DNA of 64,000 nucleotides from Eledone cirrhosa (taxonomy: Eukaryota). The notes under the pieces were generated by a model. That model made no database searches. It was not told the DNA's origin and was given only the letters and a program-made list of their open reading frames with translations. Positions 24,678 through 36,574 of the stretch are shown piece after piece. How positions within the stretch are numbered: position 1 is the stretch's first letter; the number at the start of each line of letters is the position of its first letter. The stretch is from contig OZ024747.1 in NCBI GenBank assembly GCA_964016885.1, positions 79,608,001 through 79,672,000 of the forward strand, written 5' to 3'. Position numbers and translations under genes: made by a program.

Positions 24678-27600
24678 ATGACCTCACTCAGAATAGGCAG
24701 CATAAATGCGCGTGGCTTGGGGTCGTCATGGAAGCAGGGTCACCTGCTCAACGACCTCAGGTCACTAAACATAGATGTAGTGGCCATCAGCGAGACCAGA
24801 ATCTCCGAAGCACGGGCCTTCGCACCGATCTTCGGCGGCTACGATGTGTACGCATCTCCCAGCCGTCCTGGATCCGGTGGAGGAGTTGCTGTACTTTTTC
24901 GGAGAGGTTTGGATCTCGCCATACGGGCCATCTTCCTGGACCCAGAGGGTAAGCTGGTGGTGCTGGACGTGACCAGCGGAGACGGGCAAGCTTTCAGGCT
25001 AGTGGCCGTCTATGCCCCGACAGGAGCAGGGCGGCCTGATTTCTTCCGGCGTCTGGAGACCTTTCTTGGAACGTCCCGCTCTTTAGTGTTAGTGGGCGAC
25101 TGGAACGGGATCTTAGATGCACGCTGGGACTGTGTGGGATTAGCGGATAGGGGTGGAGGGTGCAAGAGCCTCACCAACCTGCTCAGGCGTTTTGAACTGT
25201 CTGACAGGTACCGATTGGATTTCCCGAATGTGCCAATGTGGACTTGGACAAACCGCATAGGGCCATCCAGATCATATCTAGATAGAGTATTTTGTAGGGA
25301 AATAGATAGGTCTAGCATAGGCTGTCCACAATTCAAGATAGTCAGCTACACGGACCACAAATTCGTGATCTGTGTGCTTGACTTAGATAGGCTTCATAGA
25401 CGAGGACCCGGCTACTGGAAGCTAAACGCGTCCTTACCAGCGCGCAAGGCCTACAGAGACCGGATTAGCGAACTAGTTAAGCGGGCGTTGACGGGGGCCA
25501 TCGTCAACAACAAGTGGTGGTTTGCTCTGAAAAGAGCGATTAGAATAGAATCGATTAGGTTTAGTAAGGCTTTAGCAATAGAGAAAAATAGAGCAGAGGG
25601 AGAACTAGTTAGAAAATTAGACGAGGCGCTTAGCAAAGGCATTGCGACCGACGTGCTTGCGGCGAAATTGGCCCTTGACCAATTCTTCAATGCAAAGCAC
25701 GAAGGCTGCGTTGTCAGAGCTAGGGTGCGTGCTCTCAGACACGAGGGGACGAAAGCCGTTCAATGGGCCCGAGTGGCGGAGGCGCGTCGTGGCAACAAAG
25801 CCACGATCCGGTCTTTGGTGGACCACGACGGGCGCATGCTACTCGATCCCGGGCAAATGTGTGAAACTTTTCAGCGACACTTCGCTCAGCTGTTCGGGGG
25901 CAGCGGGGGGCCGGGTAGAGGGATGGACTTTAGTGTCTACCTCGACGGGCTGCCGCGGCTCTCGGCCACTGAGGCGAGGTGTTGCGAAAAGCCGATAACA
26001 GCCGCTGAAGTACGGGAGGCAATGACTGGCTGCACAAGGGGTAAATCGCCTGGTTTGGATGGTCTGCCCTATGAACTTTACGTACAGATGCCAGACTTGT
26101 TCGGAGGCCTCTTGGCGGACGTCTACTGCAACTGGCAACAGAACGGGAGAATTCCCAGTTCTGTGAGCCGAGGAGCGGTGGCACTGCTGAGAAAGGATCC
26201 GAACAAGGGGGATAACATAGACAATTTCCGGCCCATAACTCTGCTAAACACAGAGTTTAAGATTTTGGCCAAGGTGCTAGCAAAGAGGTTGGCGCTTGTC
26301 GTTGGTGGTCTGGTGGGAGAGGCGCAGACATGCGCCATTCCCGACAGATCCATCCACGACAACCTCCACCTCATGCGATACATCGTAGAGAGGGTAGCTA
26401 GGGAACCTGGCACGGGTGGGTCCTTGATCAATTTAGATCAGTCGAAAGCTTTCGATAGGGTCGACCATCGTTACCTAGCGGCAGTCCTGAGGGCGGCTGG
26501 CTTTGGGCCCGTCTTCAGAGGCTGGATCGCTGCCATGCACAGCGACATCTGCTCTGTGGTGAGAGTGAACGGTCACCTGTCGGAACCGTTCAACATCATG
26601 CGCTCGGTCCGCCAAGGATGTCCCCTCTCGTCCCTCTTGTACGTATTGACTCTCGAGCCATTACTGCACAAACTGGAGACGTTGAGGGGAGTCCCGCGCG
26701 AACTAGGATGCGGAAGATCCGTGTCAGCATATGCGGACGATGTCACCGTAGTGGTGTCGAACGCCAAACACATCGAGGCGATCGGCACTACACTAAGAGA
26801 ATACGAAGCGGTGACAGGAGCAATGATCAACCAGGAAAAGTCAGTGGGCCTGCAGCTCGGCACCTGGAGAGGCAGGTCCATGCCGTCCAACAGCGTCGTC
26901 GGGCGCTGGACGGACGGACCGGTTAAATTGCTAGGGGTCTGGTTCGGTCCGGACCTCCAGACGGACAAAAACTGGGACGAGGTGACGAGCAGGGTGGCTT
27001 CTCTCACCCAGAAATGGGCGGAGAGGAAGCTATCCCTGAAAGGTCGAGCGGAGGTGGCTAACGCGTACATCGCGTCTGTCATCTGCTACCGCCTAACCGT
27101 CGTACCTTGTCCTAAGCCTCGCCTGACTGCGCTGGAGCGTTTGCTCTTTCGCTTTTTGTGGAAGGGACGTGCTCCGATGGTCAGGCGGTCCATCTGTTGT
27201 CAACACCCGCTACGTGGAGGGCTGGGCATGCCGTGGCTGATGATGCGCAGGCACGCGCTCAGGCTACGACATCTCCACCTCTTCCTCGACGGTGATCAGG
27301 TGTGGTCGCCGTTTGCTAGACGCGTTTTTCCCCAGCTCGTTTCCTTGACGGAGCTGCAGTCCTGGGTCAAGCGAAGACCGAGAGGGAGCGCCTGGAGACT
27401 GGAATGTCTTCAGGCGCTCACAGCCCTCGACCAATCGGGCAATGTGATCGGTGGAAACTCCACCTCGGCGTTCTATAGAGGATTAGTGGAGGGGAAGAGC
27501 GACGACGTACTTGGGGAAACTCTAGGCGTCGACGAAAATCAACTAGCCAATCTCTTCGGAAGAACTTTCGGGCCGGGGCCTATGGACAACTTCCAGAAAT

Positions 27601-28097
27601 CTCTGGCCTGGCAGTGCTACCGAGGAGCCTTGCCAGTTCGGGATAAACTCTACAGGCATGGAGGTGCCGTCAGCCGGGCATGTCCGAGATGCGCGCAGGG
27701 CGACGAAACCGTCCTGCACGCACTCGTCCAGTGTCCGAAAATTGCTGACTTGTGGGTTTATGTCGAACACCTGCTGTCGCGTTTAGGACGGATCCAGCTA
27801 TCATCTGAGTCCATCGTGAGGATTGCCCCGCCCTCCTCCTTTAGCCGGGAAGGGCAGGCAGTTTTTATCTGTCTGGTGGCCATGGCGAAAGAGATAGTAT
27901 GGTGGACACGTTTGAAAGGGCTGAAGACGAGCACTTACCTCTTCGGTGATGCTCTGATTGACTTTTTCAAATTTCATTTGAAAAGGAAAATCAGAGTAGA
28001 GAGGGAAGTGCTCTCTTCCCAGCATTTTGTTGAAAGATGGGTGAGAGAAGCAAGAATGGCCCGAGTGAATGGGCCGACTCTGAGTATATATCTGTAA
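24678..28097 (+). CDS. LINE ORF2: apurinic-like endonuclease, reverse transcriptase and C-terminal CCHC (1139 aa)
   Basis: APE motifs SINARGL, SET, VYAP, GDWN, YLDR, TDH; GPGYWKLN; RT motifs KSPGLDGL, FRPITLLN, DQSKAFDRVDH, VRQGCPLS, YADD, KLLGV; CPRC....ETVLHALVQC. Confidence 0.98.
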   Translation: MTSLRIGSINARGLGSSWKQGHLLNDLRSLNIDVVAISETRISEARAFAPIFGGYDVYASPSRPGSGGGVAVLFRRGLDLAIRAIFLDPEGKLVVLDVTSGDGQAFRLVAVYAPTGAGRPDFFRRLETFLGTSRSLVLVGDWNGILDARWDCVGLADRGGGCKSLTNLLRRFELSDRYRLDFPNVPMWTWTNRIGPSRSYLDRVFCREIDRSSIGCPQFKIVSYTDHKFVICVLDLDRLHRRGPGYWKLNASLPARKAYRDRISELVKRALTGAIVNNKWWFALKRAIRIESIRFSKALAIEKNRAEGELVRKLDEALSKGIATDVLAAKLALDQFFNAKHEGCVVRARVRALRHEGTKAVQWARVAEARRGNKATIRSLVDHDGRMLLDPGQMCETFQRHFAQLFGGSGGPGRGMDFSVYLDGLPRLSATEARCCEKPITAAEVREAMTGCTRGKSPGLDGLPYELYVQMPDLFGGLLADVYCNWQQNGRIPSSVSRGAVALLRKDPNKGDNIDNFRPITLLNTEFKILAKVLAKRLALVVGGLVGEAQTCAIPDRSIHDNLHLMRYIVERVAREPGTGGSLINLDQSKAFDRVDHRYLAAVLRAAGFGPVFRGWIAAMHSDICSVVRVNGHLSEPFNIMRSVRQGCPLSSLLYVLTLEPLLHKLETLRGVPRELGCGRSVSAYADDVTVVVSNAKHIEAIGTTLREYEAVTGAMINQEKSVGLQLGTWRGRSMPSNSVVGRWTDGPVKLLGVWFGPDLQTDKNWDEVTSRVASLTQKWAERKLSLKGRAEVANAYIASVICYRLTVVPCPKPRLTALERLLFRFLWKGRAPMVRRSICCQHPLRGGLGMPWLMMRRHALRLRHLHLFLDGDQVWSPFARRVFPQLVSLTELQSWVKRRPRGSAWRLECLQALTALDQSGNVIGGNSTSAFYRGLVEGKSDDVLGETLGVDENQLANLFGRTFGPGPMDNFQKSLAWQCYRGALPVRDKLYRHGGAVSRACPRCAQGDETVLHALVQCPKIADLWVYVEHLLSRLGRIQLSSESIVRIAPPSSFSREGQAVFICLVAMAKEIVWWTRLKGLKTSTYLFGDALIDFFKFHLKRKIRVEREVLSSQHFVERWVREARMARVNGPTLSIYL

Positions 28098-28357
28098 ACT
28101 AAAGGTGGAAAACTGGGAGAGGGCACTTGCCTTGGTGGTCAGGGTCATTGTGGCTTTTTACTGGGCTTTCTCCACAAATGTCCCTCCGAAGTCTCCCCCC
28201 TATTGGGGAATTTTTCATTGTTATTTTCATTGTTATTTTTGTTACATCCTCTGTTTTTGTTTTTTTACACGCAGAAATGCCCATTTGTACCGTCCTGCAT
28301 TGTCCTGCACTGTCCTTAATGTCTACTTTATGTAAACCCTTGTGGTTAATAAAGAAA

Positions 28358-28410
<53 letters not shown>

Positions 28411-28713
28411 TTGTGGTTTCGTTTTGTTTTTCTCATCCTTCTGCAGTTTCTGGCACGTTCTAAAATGAGGCATGCTGGGAAGGTTTACACCTAATTTCCG
28501 TACATTTGCACTTTGTATTCCGTCAATATTACAGGATCCCTACATATGCGTGCTTGTCAAGTTGTTCTAGTGTGTGCGTTTGTTTGCACTTGTATGTTTG
28601 TATGCGAACTGTGCGCGTTAACATACATATATCTGTTCCTAACGCCCTCGCGCTCTTTAGATAATACAAATATATGCACACATACATACATATAATATGA
28701 TATATATACATAC

Positions 28714-28777
<64 letters not shown>

Positions 28778-29749
28778 AGTATGTTTTGCCTGTATCTATG
28801 TATCTTTCTATCTATCAATCTATCTATGTATCTATCTATCTATCTATCTACCTACCTATATATATATATATTTGTAGATGCGTATACATGAGTGTGTGTG
28901 AATGAAAACGTAGTTTATAAAGCGATATCAATAGTATGTAATATCTCAGGGGGCCGTTCTGCATACTAAATACACATGCAAACGCTGAAGAGGCAAATCT
29001 AAGCAAACATCCTTGACAATAAGGACTCGTGTACTAGGGCGAAGAAGGACTATAGCAACTGGGGGCATAGAGGTTGAGGGGGGGGGGGGATTGCAGCCTA
29101 GAATTACGGAGGATCACATATACACAGACAGACACATACACACATACAGTCACACACACACACACATACATATACAGATACATGCACAGACACACACACA
29201 CATAAACAGACACACACACACATACACAGATACACACACACGCATATATATACATACACACAGACACACTCACACAAATACACATACACAAACATACACA
29301 CACAGACACACAAACACACACACACACAAACATATGCACACACAGACACACACACACACTCACACACATACACACACATACACAGACCCACACCACACAC
29401 ATACAGGCACACTCGCACACATACACACACAAAACAGACACCCCCCCCTCTCTCTCCCCGTAATTAATGTACTTTTACGAAAATCGATCAACAGTTGCTT
29501 GGAGGAGATGTTTGAATGTTTCAGATATTTATCAATGAGTGTGTATGTATGTGTGTATGTATGTGTGTATGTATGTGTGTATGTATGTATTCGATCGCAG
29601 CGCTGTTAGTTGCTATCGCGTGTGTGTGTGTATAGATATGTTTATGTGTCTGCGTGTGTGTGTATATATATATGTATATGTATATTATTATTGTTGTTGT
29701 TGTCGTTATTATTATTGTTGTTATTATTATTATTATTGTTATTAATATA

Positions 29750-29843
<94 letters not shown>

Positions 29844-29851
29844 TATATATA

Positions 29852-30268
29852 TTTCGTTTCTGAATTTGTTTAGCAAGATTCTTTATCTGAAAACGTGTAT
29901 TGAAACCGATATTGTTATACTTTGGGAGGGTCATGTTGCCAATAAGAAACACACGCACCAGTTGCTTTCACTTCAATATATTATTTGCGCAAACTAAGCA
30001 CACAACACACACACAAAAACAAGATGGCGTAGGACAGAACAAAGGAGAGGCACACAAAAAAACAAAACAAAAATCCCCAGTCACTGAAGAGGTCACAGAA
30101 TGTGTGACGAAAGAACTTTGACAATATATAAACAACCATCTGGTTGTGGAACCAACCAACCAACTGGAAATTTATAAATTCCTAAATTTATTATAATAAA
30201 TTGAAGTGAAAGCAACTGGTGCGTGTGTTTATTATTGGCAACATGACCCTCCCAAAGTATAACAATAT
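29852..30268. mobile_element. Non-autonomous element with inverted tail copy and internal hammerhead
   Basis: Inverted repeats 29909-29977 and 30200-30268; flanked by (TA)n; terminus related to 43870-44130. Confidence 0.8.
30080..30122 (+). ncRNA. Minimal type I hammerhead ribozyme motif
   Basis: GUCA-CUGAAGA-G GUCACA GAAUG UGUGAC-GAAA-GAAC-UU-UGAC; perfect stems I and II, very short stem III. Confidence 0.78.
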
Positions 30269-30281
30269 ATATATATATATA

Positions 30282-30356
<75 letters not shown>

Positions 30357-30364
30357 TTTTTCTC

Positions 30365-30708
30365 GTGCAATGGCCATACTCGATAACGAGGGGGCAGCCA
30401 TCATCATGTATGTATGTATATCATCTTGGTTAAGAGAGTGGGACTGGCTTTGTGCAGTGCTTTTGCTCACTATAAAAGCTTCACGGCACCGGCATTGCTT
30501 TATATCTGGAGATCTCTCTGCACTTGTTGTCACATGGTACCATGGGCCCAGCACTATGTGTCAATAATTGTCACAAGTGTAGTGTTTGTACCAGAGTTTT
30601 CAAGTCGCTGGCTGGACTAAAAAGTCACACTTGTAGGGGTTCGGTAGGGGTTCTCCTACATGGATATAAAGTAGTGGCCGTACTCTAAAGCGAGTTGGCA
30701 GCCACCAT
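30365..30708 (+). mobile_element. RTE-type tail (30365-30406) plus second copy of the bipartite RTE-derived element (30418-30708)
   Basis: Near-identical to 13329-13620; tail ggccatactcgataacgagggggcagccatc. Confidence 0.75.
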
Positions 30709-30959
30709 GTATGTATATATGTGTGTATGTATATTGGTGTATGTATATGTGTATATATCTGTGTGGATATGTGTATGTATGTGTGTGGATATGTGTGTGG
30801 ATGTGTGTGTGGATGTGTGTGTGGATATGTGTGTGTGGATGTGTATGTGGATATGTGTGTCTTTGCGCGCGTTTGCATGCATGCATGTATGTATGTGTGT
30901 GTGTATATTTGAATGCATGTATGTGTGTGTGTGTATGTATGTATGTACGTGTGTGTTAT

Positions 30960-31460
30960 CTCTTTTTCTTAATTTCGAGTATATTTTTTTGACCGGCCAC
31001 CTTCCTGGTGGCAAGGTTGTAAAAGAAAAGAAATTGTCATCCCTTGAATCGCAAGAATGTTTTGCAAATGTTGAAGGTGCCAGCTATCGCAGCCATTTGT
31101 AGACTATGAATTAGGGAGCTGCGCTTTTTGTCCGCAAATCCAAGTTCAGTCATACTTTGGTCCAAGCGGGTTGGTATATAACCCGTAGCTCCAATAATGA
31201 TGGGTATGAAGCTAAAGGTGTATCTTGGATACTGGATTTGTAAACTCCTCATCAATGGTCCGTAGATGTCCTCCTTCTCCTGTATTTTTCTGACAACGTT
31301 TACATCAAGTGGGCAGCTGATCTCCACAACAGAACACGTTTTCAATGTGTGGTCCTAAACAACAATATCAGGCCGGTTGTGCTTTAATTTGGTGGCAGTT
31401 TTTATTTTCAGGTTCCACCAGTATTCCTTAGTGCCATCTGTCTCAATATATTCTTCCTCG
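30960..31460 (-). mobile_element. 5'-truncated R4/Dong-like retrotransposon (RLE domain plus 3'UTR) in (CATA)n
   Basis: YWWN.KIKT...LKHNRPDIVV*D..KTCSVVEISCP.D......EKEDIY..L......FIPIIIGATG; one stop at 31355-31357; 3'UTR hairpin gccacc-aggaa-ggtggc. Confidence 0.85.
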
Positions 31461-33099
31461 TTTGTATGTACGTATGTATGTATGTATGTATGTATGTATG
31501 TATGTATGTATGTATGTATGTATGTATGTATGTATGTATGTATGTATTTATGTGTATATATGTGTGTATGCATGTATGTATGTGTGTATATGTATGTGTG
31601 TATGTATGTATGTATGTATGTGTGTATATGTATGTATGCCTCTATTGCAAGTCGAAGATATGAATGCATGATTTCGTGAATACAAGTGTTTGTTCAATTC
31701 AGTGAAATGGAATCAATACACGCATGAGTGGACTTGTGTCGTAGTGTTAGAGACATAGCGTGTCTTTGCATGTTGTTGTTGTTGTTGTTGTTTAGCCCCA
31801 GGTCATCTGTGATTGTACAGACCTATTATCAAAGTCATTCAAGCTATCACCATTCCGTCTTTCTTTTTCAGGCACAGTGGTATCTAGGAGTACATTATCT
31901 AACTTGTCCTTCCTCCTTTAAAGAACATCGTGTGTAATGGAAGGTAGGGGAATTGGCTGATATTTCTAGCAGATACGCTGCCAGATAGAGCAGGATGGGG
32001 AAACCCTCGCACATCTCGAGTTTAAAATCCCCAACCGTTACTGAAGTTCTCTAAAAACCCATTTACAAAAATGTTTAAACCTAAAGACAAACATAATTTA
32101 TTATACACATGGTTTCGTAAAATTAAAGATCCGGTATTCTTCTCAGCACAACGCTAAACCTACAGATCATTATGCACTTCCAATTCGCCACCGTACTAAT
32201 AATTAAAAAAAGAGTTTCTTCGTATAGAGGCTCCCTCATTGGCTTGCTATCTATGTGGCTATGTATATGTGTATTTGTGTCTGAAAGTTTATGTGTTGAA
32301 AACTGCGAACTACTACATGAGCGTGGACGAAATGTGGTCGAATGGCTAATAGGTTCGCTTCACAATCATTAGGTCTCAGATTCGATCCCACTGCTTTGCA
32401 TCTTGGACAAGTGTCATTGACCATAGCCTCGGGTTGACGCATGCCTTGTGGGGCGAAATTCGGTCGGCGGAAACTGTTTGGAAGCTCGCCAAATAAATTG
32501 TCACTGTAATTAAAAAATCCAGCCTTGTCACACACTGTATTTTTGGTGGATATCCCTGAGAATTTCGTTAAGATACACGTGTCTGTGGAATGTTCAACAA
32601 CTCATACGTTAATTTCATGAGAAGGCTGTTCCGTTGATCGAAACCTATGGAAGTCCATCGATTGAAAGAGTTGTCACATCTGAACACACAAACGTAAAGG
32701 GAAACCTTGATTATTCCTCTATAACCACAAACTAAGAGTGGTGATAAGTAGACAATGGTAGAAGACCTTTGAAGTCAACGTTGAGACACTCAGTTGTGTG
32801 GAGGATGGTAATATTGTGGTTTCAATCCAGAGTACATGATTGTATGCCTCATTGGGTTTTCAACATTCCCCGACCACACAAAAATATCAGCTTAGATCTG
32901 TCATGGTGCCATAAAACGGGGGGGGGGGGGGGGTACCATGAAAAAGTGCCTCAAAACGAGAAGAACTGAGGCAAAATTATAGTACCAGCCCTTTGGCTAG
33001 CGAATGTACGTCCTGATCACACATGCATATCGGTAAATAAATATCATTAAAAACCTATCTATTAACTTTTTTATTAACTTTTTATTGCTCAGAATCATT

Positions 33100-33285
33100 T
33101 GATTGGCAGAATCGGTCGAGGATCGGACGCCATGCTTTGCAGCATAGAGTTATGGTCCTTTATGATCTGAGTTCAAATACCGTCGAGGTTAACTTTGCCT
33201 TTCATCCTTATTAGGTCGATAAAATAAAGTATCAGTAATGCACTGGAATAATTGCTGGCCTTGTGCCAAAAAGTAGAAACAATTA
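33100..33285 (+). mobile_element. SINE copy (related copies at ~37070-37205, ~43108-43265, ~45680-45755)
   Basis: tggcagaatcg A-box-like, gagttcaaat B box, shared body. Confidence 0.8.
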
Positions 33286-34292
33286 TTATTAAACGTGTTA
33301 ATTTATTTCGATCAACTTTCAAATAAGCATTTTGTTTATTGTGGTTTAACTCCAGATCACCTTTGACTGGTCAGACTTTTACATTCTGTCCTGGATTAAC
33401 ATTTAAGCAATATAACCACGTGATTTTTAGAGCCTTTAGTATAGAGGGACACCAAGGAGGTTTTCTGTAGCTCAGTAAATGAGAAGTTGTTCAAGAGAAT
33501 CAGATAGATATATGTAAAGAACTAGAGATGTTACCTACAATTTTGAAAATATTTTGAAGGAATTTGAAAGAATTTAGCAATAAAATGTTGTTTGGAACAA
33601 AGGTTCTTACATAAAATTATGATGAAAGGATTTTAGGTTAATATAAACATGGTTTTGTATTGTAGCACCTGGAGCGATTTCTGGCAGTTTTTCTACCAAA
33701 AGGGTTAAGACAGTTCTATAGAAATTCTTAAAAACTAATTAATATAATCCATATGAAGCGGCGGACTGCTTCTTTTAGCACGTTCTGTACACTTCTACTT
33801 AATTTGACGAATGTCCTCTAGTATCGATATGCCCTAATTAATTGCAATTTGCTCAGTGCATGTGTCGTGTGCGTGTGTAAACCTATTAGTATGTACGTAT
33901 GTGTGTGTACGTGTGTGTCTGTCTGTGTTTGTACGTAAGTGTATGCAGGGGCATGTTCGGTTGTGTGTATACATGTGTGTGTACGTGTATATAAATGTGT
34001 CTTTACTAATGTGTATGTGTGTGTGTGTGTGTGTGAAGGCGCGTGGCTTGGAATGGATGAATCCAAAGGATCTTGGAATATCATAGCAAGATACCTCAAT
34101 GGTTATAGTGAAGGAGAGGGGGCTTAGTTTAGTGGTTAGGGTTTCAGCTCCTGACTAAAAGGTCGTCAGTTCAGCTCCCGGTAACTACGTTGTATTCTTG
34201 AGCAAGGCATTTTATTTCACCTTGCTCCAGTCCACACACCTGGCAAAAATAAGTTGTACCTTTAATTCAAAAGATCAACCTTGTTAGATTAC

Positions 34293-35027
34293 GATGGTAG
34301 TGGTGGTGGTAGTGGTGGTGGTAGTAGTGGTGGTGGTGGTGGTGGTAGTGGTGGTAGTAGTGGTGGTGGTGGTGGTGGTAGTGGTGGTGGTGGTGGTGGT
34401 AGTGGTGGTGGTGGTGGTGGTGGTAGTGGTGGTGATGGCGGTGGTGGTAGTGTTGGTGGTGGTGGTGGTATTGGTAGTGGTGACGGTGATGGTGGCGGTG
34501 GTGGTGGTGGTAGTGGTGGTGGTGATGGTGGTGGTGGTAGTGGTGGTGATGGTAGTGGTGGTGGTGGTGGTAGTGGTGGTGATGGTGGTGGTGGTGGTGG
34601 TGGTGGTGGTGGTAGTGTTGATGGTGGTGGTATTGGTAGTGGTGATGGTGGTGGTGATGATGGTGGTGGTGGTGGTAGTGTTGATGGTGGTGGTATTGGT
34701 AGTGGTGATGGTGGTGGTGGTGATGATGGTGGTGGTGGTGGTGGTGGTGGTGGTGGTGGTGGTGGTGGTGGTGGTGGTGGTGGTGGTGGTGGTGGTGGTG
34801 TTGATGGTGGTGGTATTGGTAGTGGTGGTGGTGATGGTGGTGATGGTGGTGGTGGTAGTGTTGATGGTGGTGGTATTGGTAGTGGTGATGGTGGTGGTGA
34901 TGATGGTGGTGGTGGTGGTGATGGTTGTGGTGGTGGTAGTGGTGGTGTTGATGGTGGTGGTGGTGGTGGTTTTATTGGTGGTTGTGGTGGTATTGGTAGT
35001 GGTGGTGTTGGTATTGGTAGGGGGTAG
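34293..35027. repeat. Degenerate (GGT)n G-rich tract (similar tracts at 17360-17700 and 62285-62750)
   Basis: Seen directly; source of the Gly-, Val- and Pro-rich ORFs. Confidence 0.9.
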
Positions 35028-35164
35028 TGCTGATGTTTAGAGTGGTGGTGGTAATATTTGTGTTGTCTTACGTATAGTGGTAGACAATTGAAATTTGCCG
35101 ACCTAGTTTCATTAACTATATATACATGACTGCGTGTGTGTATGTGAGTGTGTATTTGTGAGTG

Positions 35165-35219
<55 letters not shown>

Positions 35220-35300
35220 GCATACATACATATATATACACACATACACATATATATATATATATATACACACACACATATATATATATATACATATAAG

Positions 35301-35334
<34 letters not shown>

Positions 35335-35408
35335 TATATATATACATATATGTATATATATACACACACACACATATATATATATTATATATACATATAT
35401 GTATATAT

Positions 35409-35460
<52 letters not shown>

Positions 35461-35490
35461 GCACATATATATATACACACGCACATATAT

Positions 35491-35569
<79 letters not shown>

Positions 35570-35571
35570 CA

Positions 35572-35621
<50 letters not shown>

Positions 35622-35635
35622 TATATATATATACA

Positions 35636-35722
<87 letters not shown>

Positions 35723-36574
35723 CAACATGTATGAGTGTATGAGTGTATGTATTTATATTATCTGTGACGTTTGGCTTTTTTCTCCCCTCTTCTACACTAG
35801 TTCTCCTCCACCTCCTCCCCCGCCTCCTCCTTCCCACTCCTCGTCCTCCTGTTCTTCCCACCCTCCTTCAGTCGATATCGTAAACGAATACCACTCGATC
35901 TAGGTTAGGCCCCAACGTGTTGACCTAGATAGGTTACCCACCTCACTCCAGCCGCCTGTCTCCTCTCACCTACTAACTAGCTATATGCATTGTCTATATT
36001 TCGTGTCGAACAACACGTGTCCTCAGCCTACAGTTTCTTTTGTGTGATGTTAAAAATAAGTTATATAATGATTTTATAAGTTAGGCACAAGACCTGCAAT
36101 TTTGATGGGAAGAGAACGACAATATATGACAATGGACAATTCTCGACATCTTCTTTGTCAGCCATGTTGGAAGTATGAAGAGTTCCAGGCAAATGAAGGC
36201 GGGAACAACACCTGCCTCACTCTCACCTTCAAACACTACACACACATATTGGTATATTGAGGCTCACACTGACGTACTAAAGCTCTCACACACACACTCA
36301 CGAACTGAGGCTCACACACACACTGTCATACTTTTTTTTTTTTTTAAACACTTTAGTCTTTATTGTGTTGTATCAGATGAAAGAATGGTATTTAACTAAT
36401 GTATTGGTACGCGATGGGGCCAACGCACAGCCCCGGCGGACAGAATGGAGAAGGCGTTTCCCCGGAGGACGGCAAAGGAGACGGACAAAGCTGGACCTTT
36501 GAATTACAGGTTCAATGCATCCGACGGGCTTCCATACAGTTTCCGTCTACCCAATTTCTCTCACAAGCCTTGTA

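Larger units (their letters stand above)
22330..28359 (+). mobile_element. Full-length Tx1/L1-clade non-LTR retrotransposon in an (ATT)n tract
   Basis: ~210-bp 5'UTR, two uninterrupted ORFs 35 bp apart, 3'UTR with AATAAA at 28348; (ATT)7 at 22309-22329 and (ATT)17 at 28360-28410. Confidence 0.95.

Noticed and set aside
33395-33708. piggyBac-like end (GGG-TTAA at ~33702)
   Set aside because: No matching TTAA-CCC left terminus found.
34281-35040. Gly-rich or Pro-rich structural protein ORF
   Set aside because: Degenerate (GGT)n tract directly after a SINE fragment; no ATG, signal peptide or splice support.
35990-36030. Minus-strand CUGAGGA-GUGU..ACAC-GAAA-UAUA motif
   Set aside because: No UH cleavage site and no stem I pairing; not counted as a ribozyme.
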